Shown here piece by piece: positions 36,412 to 45,057 of a stretch of 64,000 nucleotides of DNA. Below the pieces are notes generated by a model. The model was given only the letters and a program-made list of their open reading frames with translations. It had not been told where the DNA came from and did no database searches. Within the stretch, counting starts at the first letter, position 1, and each line of letters begins with the position of its first letter. Source of the DNA: an uncultured Acidobacteriota bacterium (GTDB lineage: Bacteria; Acidobacteriota; Terriglobia; Acidiferrales; UBA7541). The stretch covers positions 86,786 to 150,785 of the forward strand of contig CAVOKV010000006.1 in NCBI GenBank assembly GCA_963696605.1, written 5' to 3'. The position numbers and the translations under genes were made by a program.

Positions 36412-38115
36412 TTAGTAGCTGCCCGCCAGCGTCTGGATTTTTGACTTGTCGGGGTACAACACGCCGAGCGCCTGATCCTTCGGGTCTGCGGACCGTGTGG
36501 TGTACCAGATCGAATTTTCGTTCGACACTTCGATCTTGGGCATGTCGGTTCGCTGAACGTAAGGATAGTAGGTGAACGTCTTCGATTTCTGTTCAAACTT
36601 GATCAGCGCGCCGCCCTGACCGGAATCCGCGATCCAGTAATTTGAATCGTGATCCTGCTGAATGTCGTAGGGGAACGACCACTTCAGCGGGAGCGCGTAC
36701 TCGACGATCTTGTTGGTGTTGGGGTCGAGCATTCCGATTTTCCCTGGCCATTCGAGGGCGTACCAGATCATGCCATTGTGGTCTGCGAACACGCGGCGCA
36801 TGGTGCAGGGCCGCGTCAACGGGGCATATTCGATCCACTGGCTGTCCGCCGGATCAAATTTCGTCACTTTGCAGCGCCACCAATCGGCCAGCCACACTTT
36901 GTCGTTCTTGTCCATGACCATGCCGTAGGCAAAGCTGTTATCCGTGGGCGTCTTGTGGAGGGAAACTTCGCCCGTCGTGTGATCATACTTGGCAATTTCG
37001 TTGGCCCAAGAGAGCGACTCCCAAATATTTTGCTTGGAATCCACAAACGGCGTGTTGCCGTGCGGAGGCCGCTTGGCTTCGGGGTCGTACGGAAAATATT
37101 TGAGCTCGCCGGTCTTGCTGTCGACGCGTACGAAGGCTGTGTGTCCGGCCATCCAGATGTCGCCGCTGGCATCCTGCGTCAGGCCGTGGCCGCGATATTG
37201 CGGGCCGCCAACCGGGTAATCGGTCCAGGTGGCCGTGCGCGGATCCATTTTGCCGACTTGCAAGCCGCGCGCGTCCACGTACCAGATATCGCCGTTCTGG
37301 CTCAGGTGCGCGTCGTGAAATCCGCGATCCCCTTTTGGCAGCGGAGGAATGTGATACTCGATGAACATCGCTTTGCCCAGGGCTTTTTCATCGATCGGCT
37401 CGTCAGGAACGGCGAGACCGCGCTTCTTGCTGTCCGGGCCGAAATTTTTCACCAGGTACGCAACTAACTCCTCGCGTTCGCCGGCGGCGAAAGTGCCGGG
37501 GACGAGGCGCACGCCCGCGTTGTCATTCGGGTTTTGCATCAAATCGATGGCGGCGTTCCACTGCGATTCATCCCACTGTTTATTCGGGAGGAAGTCCGGG
37601 CCGTGGCACATGATGCAGGTGCGCTCGATCGTCTCGCGCGCGTGGCTGGGCGGGTACAATTCGTCATAGGAAACGAGCGGCTCACCTTTGGGAAGGCCGC
37701 TGCGCATTTGCTGGTTCGGCCGGTAGGTTCCCTCTTTCAAGGTAAAATCCGCTGTAGCGCTTCCGCCGGAAGCGATGGTAATTTTCTGCACGTCCGAATC
37801 TGTGAAGCCGTTCTTCGTGACGCTCACTTCATAGTTGCCAGGAAAAAGGTCCACCGCCTGGTAACGCCCGCCTTCGGTGAACACCATGTAGACGACGTTC
37901 TTGTCCACATTCTTGACGTAAACTTTTGCCGCTTTGAACTCCTTGGGGGCTTTTACCATGCCGGAGATTGAGCCCAGCCCGGCCAGCGGGCTGGCCGCGC
38001 CTCCGCCGGCGCTCTTCTCACTCTTGTTTTGGGCGCTGACGGCAGTCGCAACGCCGAGGACGAGCGCGAAATCGAGCGCCCAAACGAGGCCCGAACACCA
38101 CAATTTGCGGTCCAT
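36412..38115 (-). CDS. exported fusion: carboxypeptidase-regulatory-like domain + c-type heme motif + beta-propeller
   Basis: 567 aa. Signal peptide. G.V..P...K.AKVYVKN...GNYEVSVTKNGF beta-sandwich. A single CIMCH (CxxCH). The C-terminal about 330 aa is repetitive and W/D/G-rich, propeller-like (Vgb/streptogramin-lyase-like). Confidence 0.8.
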   Translation of the reverse strand: MDRKLWCSGLVWALDFALVLGVATAVSAQNKSEKSAGGGAASPLAGLGSISGMVKAPKEFKAAKVYVKNVDKNVVYMVFTEGGRYQAVDLFPGNYEVSVTKNGFTDSDVQKITIASGGSATADFTLKEGTYRPNQQMRSGLPKGEPLVSYDELYPPSHARETIERTCIMCHGPDFLPNKQWDESQWNAAIDLMQNPNDNAGVRLVPGTFAAGEREELVAYLVKNFGPDSKKRGLAVPDEPIDEKALGKAMFIEYHIPPLPKGDRGFHDAHLSQNGDIWYVDARGLQVGKMDPRTATWTDYPVGGPQYRGHGLTQDASGDIWMAGHTAFVRVDSKTGELKYFPYDPEAKRPPHGNTPFVDSKQNIWESLSWANEIAKYDHTTGEVSLHKTPTDNSFAYGMVMDKNDKVWLADWWRCKVTKFDPADSQWIEYAPLTRPCTMRRVFADHNGMIWYALEWPGKIGMLDPNTNKIVEYALPLKWSFPYDIQQDHDSNYWIADSGQGGALIKFEQKSKTFTYYPYVQRTDMPKIEVSNENSIWYTTRSADPKDQALGVLYPDKSKIQTLAGSY

Positions 38116-38327
38116 GAACGCCTCCCTGGCAGATGGCTAAATCCGGATACCAATGTGGTAGCAATATAGACTCGTCCGGCCAAGGAATCAATGCGCCAGA
38201 TCATGTGATTCGTGAATCGTGATTTGTAATTCGGGGAGAGCCCGATGTGTATTTCACTGCGTCGAATTTCTCTGTGTTCCATCTGTCCTCTGTGATAAAT
38301 GTTTTTCACTTCTCAGGAGCGGGAACA

Positions 38328-39953
38328 ATGATTGAAGAAAAAGACGTCCTGATCCGCGTTCGCGATGGAATTCACATGGCCGCGCGAATTTACAGACCGG
38401 ATGGCGCCGGGCCTTTCCCCACGCTCTTTGCCACTTCGCCCTATCGCTATGACAACAACACTCTGCCTGCACAACCGATGTTCTTGTGGCGGGAAACCGG
38501 GCCGATCGAGTGGTACGTGGACCACGGCTACGCCTACGTGCACGCCGATGTTCGCGGAACGGGGCGCTCGGAGGGCGAATTCGAATTCCTCGGCCAGCGC
38601 GAGCAGCACGACCTGTACGACGTGATCGAGTGGATTGGGACGCAGCCCTGGTGCAACGGAAAAGTCGGCGGCATAGGACAGTCCTACTATGCCATGTCGC
38701 AATGGTTCATGGGGATTCAGAACCCTCCCCACCTGGCGTGCATTGCACCCTACGATGGTTTGAACGATCCCTATCGATTTATGGGCTATCCGGGCGGCAT
38801 CGAGGGCGCATTCCTGGCCTACTGGATGAATGCCAGCGTGCGCGTGCCGAATCTCTATCCGGCGAATGGAGACAATCCGCGGCACGTGGCGACCGACCTG
38901 TTCCTGGAAGTGCAGCAGCATCCTTTCTACGATGGTTTCTGGAAGGAACGCGCAGCGTTCGAACAATTGAGCAAGATCAAAGTGCCGCTGTTCTCGATCG
39001 GCGTGTGGGCCAAGCAGGAACTACACCTCGCGGGAAACATCCGAGGCTATCAGCTGGCCAGCGGTCCGAAGAAACTCGCCATCAGCGGTACGGCGACTCC
39101 GTTTTCTTCGCAATCCGATTTTGCGGGCCTGGAATTTCACCAGAAATATTTGCTCCCGTTCTACGACAAATATTTGAAAGACCTCAAGACCAGCTATGAC
39201 GAGAGGCCCAACGTTGAATATTTGGTGCGCAATACGGGAAAGGCAAGGGCATTCGACGCTTGGCCGCCGCCAGGGACAAAACCGCTGCATTTCTATCTGA
39301 GCAAAGGACCGACAGGAAGTGTGACGTCGCTCAACGACGGCGGCTTGGACGCCGCTGCTTCCGGCAAAAGCGGCGGGGGCACCAGCTATACGTATCCGCA
39401 TCCTTCCTGGGTGCTGGGCGTGGTGCCGGTCGGACCCGCTGGACCCGATCCAGTCCGTGGTGTGCTCACGTTCACGACACAGCCGCTGGCGAATGACACG
39501 GAAATCGCCGGGACCGCAAAATTGATTCTCTACGCGGCATCGACGCGGAGCGACACGGATTTTATCGTCAAGATTTCGGAGCAGTTTGAGCAAAGCCATG
39601 AGGAGCGCGCACGCGGCGTTCAGCCTCGAAATTTCATCGTCACGAAAGGATGGCTGCGCGCTTCCCACATGGACCGCGACTCGGTGCACAACACCGAGGA
39701 AATTCCCTACTATACCCACGAGCGGGCGACGCCGCTGAATCCGGGTACGATCTACAAGTTTGAAATTCCGTTCCAGCCAATCGCGTACCTCTTCCACAAA
39801 CGTAACCGGATTCGCGTGGAAATCTGCAACGGCGATTCACCCGTGACGGACTCTTTGTTCTTTCACTTTTACAGGCCGGACAAAATCGGGACCGACACGA
39901 TTTACCACGACGCGGATCATCCTTCGGAGCTTATCCTGCCCGTGCTGATGTAG
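38328..39953 (+). CDS. CocE/NonD family (S15 X-Pro dipeptidyl-peptidase-like) hydrolase
   Basis: 541 aa from ATG 38328. DVRGTGRSEGEF and GGIGQSYYAM nucleophile elbow. C-terminal beta-sandwich. The stop TAG lies inside the GTAG head of repeat E. Confidence 0.88.
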   Translation: MIEEKDVLIRVRDGIHMAARIYRPDGAGPFPTLFATSPYRYDNNTLPAQPMFLWRETGPIEWYVDHGYAYVHADVRGTGRSEGEFEFLGQREQHDLYDVIEWIGTQPWCNGKVGGIGQSYYAMSQWFMGIQNPPHLACIAPYDGLNDPYRFMGYPGGIEGAFLAYWMNASVRVPNLYPANGDNPRHVATDLFLEVQQHPFYDGFWKERAAFEQLSKIKVPLFSIGVWAKQELHLAGNIRGYQLASGPKKLAISGTATPFSSQSDFAGLEFHQKYLLPFYDKYLKDLKTSYDERPNVEYLVRNTGKARAFDAWPPPGTKPLHFYLSKGPTGSVTSLNDGGLDAAASGKSGGGTSYTYPHPSWVLGVVPVGPAGPDPVRGVLTFTTQPLANDTEIAGTAKLILYAASTRSDTDFIVKISEQFEQSHEERARGVQPRNFIVTKGWLRASHMDRDSVHNTEEIPYYTHERATPLNPGTIYKFEIPFQPIAYLFHKRNRIRVEICNGDSPVTDSLFFHFYRPDKIGTDTIYHDADHPSELILPVLM

Positions 39954-40049
39954 CGCAGGCACTCTTGCCTGTGCGATTTTTGCAGTGTTCATTTCTCCGA
40001 GCATTAAAGACTAGCGTAAACCCCGCACAGGCAGGAGTGCCTGTGCTAC
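39950..40049. repeat. REPIN-like doublet E (family 1, CACAGGCA stem type)
   Basis: GTAGCGCAGGCA-CTCT-TGCCTGTGCG (39950-39975) ... CGCACAGGCA-GGAG-TGCCTGTGCTAC (40024-40049). Confidence 0.9.
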
Positions 40050-40065
40050 CAGATTCCCCAATGAA

Positions 40066-41781
40066 TTATTGGCGCTCGACGGGAGGCAGCTTTCCTCCAG
40101 AGATGAATGTTCCGATGCGGTTGCCTTTGGTGATTGGGAGCAGGAGATGCGACGGGAATTCAGCGTTGTGATGAACGGTCACTTGAGACGCGCTGGCGCT
40201 GGAGACGTGGCCGATTCCAACGAGTTCGAGATAGTTCTTGGGGACATCGTTGTCCGCGCTCTTGATTTTGATTCCGATGCGCTCGCCGGGCTTCAGCAAA
40301 ATTCCGTAGGGGCGGATTTCGATATTGAATTCATAAATTTGATTGGGCTCGAGCGGCTCGCGCGCGGTGTGCAGGTGGATCGGCTGCCAGGGCTTGGATG
40401 CGGCTGGATCAAGCTTACGCTGCGAACCGCGGAGCCAGCCGCGCGTCAAAAGGCTGCCGCGGCCATCGGCATCGAAATGCCATAGGGAAATAAACCACAA
40501 AATTTCTCTCGCCGTCGTGGAACCGTACAAATTTAGGACGATTGGGCCGCAGATCTCCGTGTTTTCCACCATTGGCGGCGTTATGAAGTTGAGTTCGCCG
40601 TGAAGGTGCGGCGAGTCTTCGTACGTGGAGGACCCATCGTTCGGCCAGAACTCGTGCTCGCTGAGAAGCCCGTCGGTGTGCAGGTAAAACGGGGTCCATT
40701 TGGTTTCGGGGAGCGGCCATTCATCCGCCTGCTTCCATTCGCCCGTCCCCACGATGAAGAGTTGAATGGGGGGCCCGTCCAGGATTCCGGTGTCGATGCC
40801 CTTCAGCCAGTGATCAAACCAGCGGAGCGATTCATAGGCATATTGATAGAGCGGCCGGTCCAGATACACGGGCGGTCCAACGGTCAATTTTTTCGGGCCT
40901 TTCCATTTCTCGATCGCGCGGATATCGCCCGGCAAGTGAAGACCGTAGAGCCCCCAATCGCCGCCAAAATAGGCCGGGATTCTGGAATTCTCAAAATTCA
41001 CGGTACGCTCTATGTGAAATTCATTGCACAGGTTGTTCACGATGATTTCGACGAGCATGGAATTCGCTCCGGCATCGGGATGGCTCAGGGCGTCCACCAG
41101 ATAGGGCACAGAGGAAATCTCAGGATCGGCGAGGGCGGCTTCTATAGCTTGAGAGTATCGGGCCTCGCCCCATTTCTCTTTCAAAGTGTTTTTCGTCCGG
41201 AAATAGGGGCCGTTGGATGATACCCAGTGAGACATGAAACCGTGATTAAAAATTCCTCCGTGGTAGTAGAGATCGCGATACATGTCGGTCCAACCGTAGG
41301 GAGAAAAAATCGCGCGCAGGTGAGGCGGATTCAGGGCGGCGACGCGCTTGGAGACACGCGAGAAATGCGATACGCCGGTCATTCCCACATTGCCGTCGCA
41401 CCAGGGCTGGCGCGCCGCCCACTCCACTGCTTCGTAGACGTCCTGAATCGACTGCGGATCGATGTTTCCGAAAATGCCGCCGGACTTGTGCGTTCCGGTG
41501 ATATTGATGATGAGCAGCGCGTATCCGCGGCGAACGTAGAAATTGAAGTCGCCCGTTTCCATGAAGCCGCGCGCGTAAGAGAAACCGATCGGCATCAATT
41601 CGACCGACTGCGCCGATTTGGAGTAGGCGTGAACTGCCAGCAGGGCTGGAAATTTACCCGGCGCGTCGGGCCGGAAAATATCCGAGTCGAGTGTCACTCC
41701 CTCTCGAACCGGAATCGCCACGTCGCGCTCAATCGTGATTCCGTATTTTCGCGGCGAAGTTTGCCACTTGGTCGAAAACAA
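40066..41781 (-). CDS. CocE/NonD family hydrolase (second, convergent paralog)
   Basis: 571 aa. TTG start 6 nt after GGGAGGA. GMTGVSHF nucleophile region. C-terminal jelly-roll. Confidence 0.85.
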   Translation of the reverse strand: MFSTKWQTSPRKYGITIERDVAIPVREGVTLDSDIFRPDAPGKFPALLAVHAYSKSAQSVELMPIGFSYARGFMETGDFNFYVRRGYALLIINITGTHKSGGIFGNIDPQSIQDVYEAVEWAARQPWCDGNVGMTGVSHFSRVSKRVAALNPPHLRAIFSPYGWTDMYRDLYYHGGIFNHGFMSHWVSSNGPYFRTKNTLKEKWGEARYSQAIEAALADPEISSVPYLVDALSHPDAGANSMLVEIIVNNLCNEFHIERTVNFENSRIPAYFGGDWGLYGLHLPGDIRAIEKWKGPKKLTVGPPVYLDRPLYQYAYESLRWFDHWLKGIDTGILDGPPIQLFIVGTGEWKQADEWPLPETKWTPFYLHTDGLLSEHEFWPNDGSSTYEDSPHLHGELNFITPPMVENTEICGPIVLNLYGSTTAREILWFISLWHFDADGRGSLLTRGWLRGSQRKLDPAASKPWQPIHLHTAREPLEPNQIYEFNIEIRPYGILLKPGERIGIKIKSADNDVPKNYLELVGIGHVSSASASQVTVHHNAEFPSHLLLPITKGNRIGTFISGGKLPPVERQ

Positions 41782-42111
41782 TTAAATTCCTCCCAACCAT
41801 TTCGGGGAAAACCAAAAAGCTGCCCGCCCTTAAAACGGGCGGCCTCTACGAGACCTTCTTCCAACACTGCAGGACGGTTTTGTAGCGGCCGTTCCGGCAC
41901 GTGTTTTCCGGGACGGAACGGGCACATTGAAGATTGAACCCAATCTCTCAGCCAAAATTCGCAACGATCCAATCAAGCGGGATAATATACAATTGTGATG
42001 CGTTTGGGCGTCAAAAAGCGGATTGCGGCTGAATCACACCCGTGCGGAGTGCAACTTCCAATCAGCACGTGTGCATCGTAGTCGAAGTCACTTTCGCGAT
42101 AAAGGCGCGCC

Positions 42112-43302
42112 ATGGCTGACACAATCTCCGTTGCGTCTCAAGTCCAGGCCCGGACAGATCTTCGTGCTGCCGCCGCCACGGATTCAATCCCCTGGTACAT
42201 CTGGTCGTGTCTCGTTGCGGTCATCTCCAGCGTTATCGGCGGAGCGTGGGACATTTCCTGGCACGAGAGTATTGGCCGCGACACGTTCTGGACCACGCCG
42301 CATATTCTGATTCAGCTGTGCGGCGTGATCTCAGGCCTTTGCTGCGGCTATCTGAGTCTGTCCACTACGTTCCAGAAAAATTCGGCTTTGCGGGCCCATT
42401 CCATTTCGATGTGGGGCTTCCGCGGGCCCATGGGCGCGTTTCTGTGCGCCTGGGGCGGCGTGTGCATGATTACCTCGGCGCCGTTCGACAATTGGTGGCA
42501 TTCGGCCTACGGACTGGACGTGAAAATCCTCAGTCCGCCGCACGTCTTGCTGGCGCTGGGAATGACGGGCATTCGTTTTGGCACCGTGGTCCTGATCGTA
42601 TCCGAGATGAACCGCGCCCAAGGGGAATACCGCGTCCGGCTCGAGCGCTTGCTGTTTTTCGCGTTTATTTTTCTGTTTGGCATGACCATCGGAATCGCTC
42701 AGGAGTACACGGTCCGCCCGCTCATGCATGGAGCGAGGTTCTATCTGGTGGCAGCGCTCATCGCGCCGATTATTATGGGTGCGATAGCAGCGGCCACAAA
42801 GCATCCCTGGGCTGCGACCATCACGACCGCGATGTACACTGCCACGCATTTGGCGTTCACTTGGATATTGCCTCTCTTTCCGGCGGAACCCAAGCTCGGA
42901 CCGGTCTATCAAAAAATTACGCATCTTATCCCGCCGGATTTTCCGATGCTTTTGATCGTGCCGGCGATTGTCTTCGATCTGGTGCGCCGGCGAATCGGAG
43001 TGTGGAACCGGTGGGCCCAGGCGGCAGCGCTTGGCGCGGCGTTTCTGGCCAGCTTTATTTTGGTGCAGTGGCCATTCGCGGATTTTCTGATGTCTCCGGC
43101 TTCACGCAACTGGATTTTCGCGACGAACAATTTTCCCTATTTCATACCGCCCAGGTCTCCGTGGGCCCGCAATATTTTTTTCCCGACCGAAGCAAGCCCC
43201 ACGGCCTTCTGTTTTGAAATGGGCATAGCGGTCCTTGTCGCTATTATCATGACCGACCTTGGGACGCGCTGGGGCGAGTGGATGCGGCAGATTCGCAGGT
43301 GA
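42112..43302 (+). CDS. hypothetical polytopic membrane protein
   Basis: 396 aa with about 10 TM. Conserved-looking His/Trp motifs (GGAWDISWHESIGRDTFWTTPH; FDNWWHSAYG). The overlapping ORF 42207..43217 is an Arg-rich alternate frame. Confidence 0.75.
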   Translation: MADTISVASQVQARTDLRAAAATDSIPWYIWSCLVAVISSVIGGAWDISWHESIGRDTFWTTPHILIQLCGVISGLCCGYLSLSTTFQKNSALRAHSISMWGFRGPMGAFLCAWGGVCMITSAPFDNWWHSAYGLDVKILSPPHVLLALGMTGIRFGTVVLIVSEMNRAQGEYRVRLERLLFFAFIFLFGMTIGIAQEYTVRPLMHGARFYLVAALIAPIIMGAIAAATKHPWAATITTAMYTATHLAFTWILPLFPAEPKLGPVYQKITHLIPPDFPMLLIVPAIVFDLVRRRIGVWNRWAQAAALGAAFLASFILVQWPFADFLMSPASRNWIFATNNFPYFIPPRSPWARNIFFPTEASPTAFCFEMGIAVLVAIIMTDLGTRWGEWMRQIRR

Positions 43303-43310
43303 AAGCTTTA

Positions 43311-43413
43311 GTAGCACGGCCACTCCTGGCTGTGCGGTTTTGTGAGTTGCAAGTGTGGGCCGTAAATCTTGTGACAGTTGCAAACCCCGCACAGGCATGA
43401 GTGCCTGTGCTAC
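43311..43413. repeat. REPIN-like doublet F (family 1, hybrid arms)
   Basis: GTAGCACGGCCA-CTCC-TGGCTGTGCG (43311-43336) ... CGCACAGGCA-TGAG-TGCCTGTGCTAC (43388-43413). The two arms carry different stems, each self-complementary. Confidence 0.9.
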
Positions 43414-43434
43414 CGAATTCTGCTTCGATATCTG

Positions 43435-44973
43435 ATGCGCTCACGAATACAACTCTTCGGACTTATAACTCTGTTCCTGGCGGTCGCACTTCCCGCGAGC
43501 GCGCACGTGGGCAGCCCGGACGTTTTTTACGAAGGCAACGCCGGACCGTACCGGCTCTTTGTCACCGTTCGTGTGCCGCAGGTGATTCCCGGCGTAGCCG
43601 AAATTCAGATTCGCAGTGAATCGGGCAACGTAAGGGCGATTCGCGTGGTTCCCATGCGCCTTGCAGGGCCCGGATCCAACCTGCCCCCCACGCCCGACCT
43701 CGCCGTTCAATCCAAGGACGACGCGCAATTTTTCACCGCCAGCCTCTGGCTGATGGAATCCGGGGCATTGCAGGTGCGCGTGCTTGTGGACGGCGCGCAA
43801 GGGCAAGCGGAAGTTTCCGTGCCCGTGCCGTCCTCCGCGCAGAAAACTCTGCCCATGCAGAAATCCCTCGCCGTGCTTTTGTTTGCACTGATGTTGCTTC
43901 TGGCCGCTGGCGTGGTGTTTATCGTTGGCGCCATCGTGCGCGAAGGAAACCTGGATGGCGGCGAAATCCCGAACGAATCCCGCAAGCGCCGGGCGCGTCG
44001 CGCCATGGTGGGCACCGCGGTTCTGGTCACCGCACTGCTTCTTCTGGGGAATGCCTGGTGGGGTGTGAATGCCAAAGATTTTCAACGCAGGGTGAATTTT
44101 TTCAAACCTCCGGCGGCCGCCTTAAAACTCGTTGACGGGCAACGCCTGGAGATTCGCCTCGAACGCCCCGACGCGGGGGCGGAGCGCCCCGGCTTCCGTT
44201 CGCAGGCGTATCTCCGCTTAGGTGATGTGATCCCGGATCACGGTCACCTGATGCACCTGTTTCTCCTCCGCGTTCCGGAACTAAGTGCCATGTGGCATCT
44301 TCATCCGAATCCCGCAGAAGGCGACGCGTTCTCGGTGGATTTGCCCAGCATGCCCACCGGCCGCTATCAAGTTTTCGCCGACGTCGTCGACCCGCGAGGA
44401 TTTCCTTGGACGCTTGTTGGCAGCGTCGAACTTCCGCAAATCGCCGGAGGGAAACCCCTAGCAGGCGACGATTCCATGTGGTCCGGTGCGCCGCTCGTCG
44501 CGACAACCGCCGATTCCACGAATTCGGCGATTCCAGATGGTGGCCGCATCGTTTGGCAGCGCCCGGCGGGACCCTTGAAGGCCAGCGTTCCCTTGGAATT
44601 CACCTTTGCAGTCCAGGATAAGGACGGCCGCCCGGCGCAGGGTATGGAGCCGTACATGGGCATGGCCGGACATGCCGAATTTGTCCGCTCGGATTTGAGC
44701 GTTTTTGCGCACGTGCATCCGGCTGGATCGGTGTCCATTGCTGCTTTGGAATTAGCGCAAGACGGCTTGCCGAATGGTGCCGCTTCCGGGCAAATGCCCA
44801 TGTCGATGCCGATGTCGGCGCCGATGTCCATGCCGATGCAAGACTCCGGACCTATTCCCCCTGAATTCCGCTTCCCGTACGGATTCCCACAACCGGGCGA
44901 CTATCGCATCTTCGTGCAGATCAAGCGGAGAGGGCGGGTTGAAACCGGCGTGTTCGACGCTCACGTGCAGTGA
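43435..44973 (+). CDS. exported/membrane-anchored His- and Met-rich protein (putative metal, possibly copper, binding)
   Basis: 512 aa from ATG 43435. Signal peptide ending ASA|HVGSP. Two central TM. C-terminal domain with DHGHLMH, WHLHP, FAHVHP and MPMSMPMSAPMSMPM. Confidence 0.7.
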   Translation: MRSRIQLFGLITLFLAVALPASAHVGSPDVFYEGNAGPYRLFVTVRVPQVIPGVAEIQIRSESGNVRAIRVVPMRLAGPGSNLPPTPDLAVQSKDDAQFFTASLWLMESGALQVRVLVDGAQGQAEVSVPVPSSAQKTLPMQKSLAVLLFALMLLLAAGVVFIVGAIVREGNLDGGEIPNESRKRRARRAMVGTAVLVTALLLLGNAWWGVNAKDFQRRVNFFKPPAAALKLVDGQRLEIRLERPDAGAERPGFRSQAYLRLGDVIPDHGHLMHLFLLRVPELSAMWHLHPNPAEGDAFSVDLPSMPTGRYQVFADVVDPRGFPWTLVGSVELPQIAGGKPLAGDDSMWSGAPLVATTADSTNSAIPDGGRIVWQRPAGPLKASVPLEFTFAVQDKDGRPAQGMEPYMGMAGHAEFVRSDLSVFAHVHPAGSVSIAALELAQDGLPNGAASGQMPMSMPMSAPMSMPMQDSGPIPPEFRFPYGFPQPGDYRIFVQIKRRGRVETGVFDAHVQ

Positions 44974-44982
44974 GGTGTCTCG

Positions 44983-45057
44983 GTAGGTTAGGCTTTAGCC
45001 TGTCGCGTTGACGGTAGGGCTTTCCACTAAAAGCAGACAGGCTGAAGCCTATCCTAC
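44983..45057. repeat. REPIN-like doublet G (family 1)
   Basis: GTAGGTTAGGC-TTTA-GCCTGTC ... CAGACAGGC-TGAA-GCCTATCCTAC. The right-arm CTAC contains the stop (45056..45054) of the adjacent minus-strand gene. Confidence 0.8.

Noticed and set aside
41822-41924. Two hairpins with GTAG/CTAC ends in head-to-head orientation (GCCCGCCC-TTAAAAC-GGGCGGCCTCTAC and GTAGCGGCCGTTCCG...CGGAACGGGC)
   Set aside because: The head tetranucleotide matches family 1, but loop length, stem layout and orientation differ. I did not count them as members. They could be decayed relatives, and a genome-wide model would decide.
42207-43217. 336-aa same-strand alternate frame inside the polytopic membrane gene; similarly 29852..30973 and 50357..51334 inside the MFS genes
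   Set aside because: These are Arg-rich, non-hydrophobic translations of a frame whose partner frame gives regular TM helices and MFS signatures.
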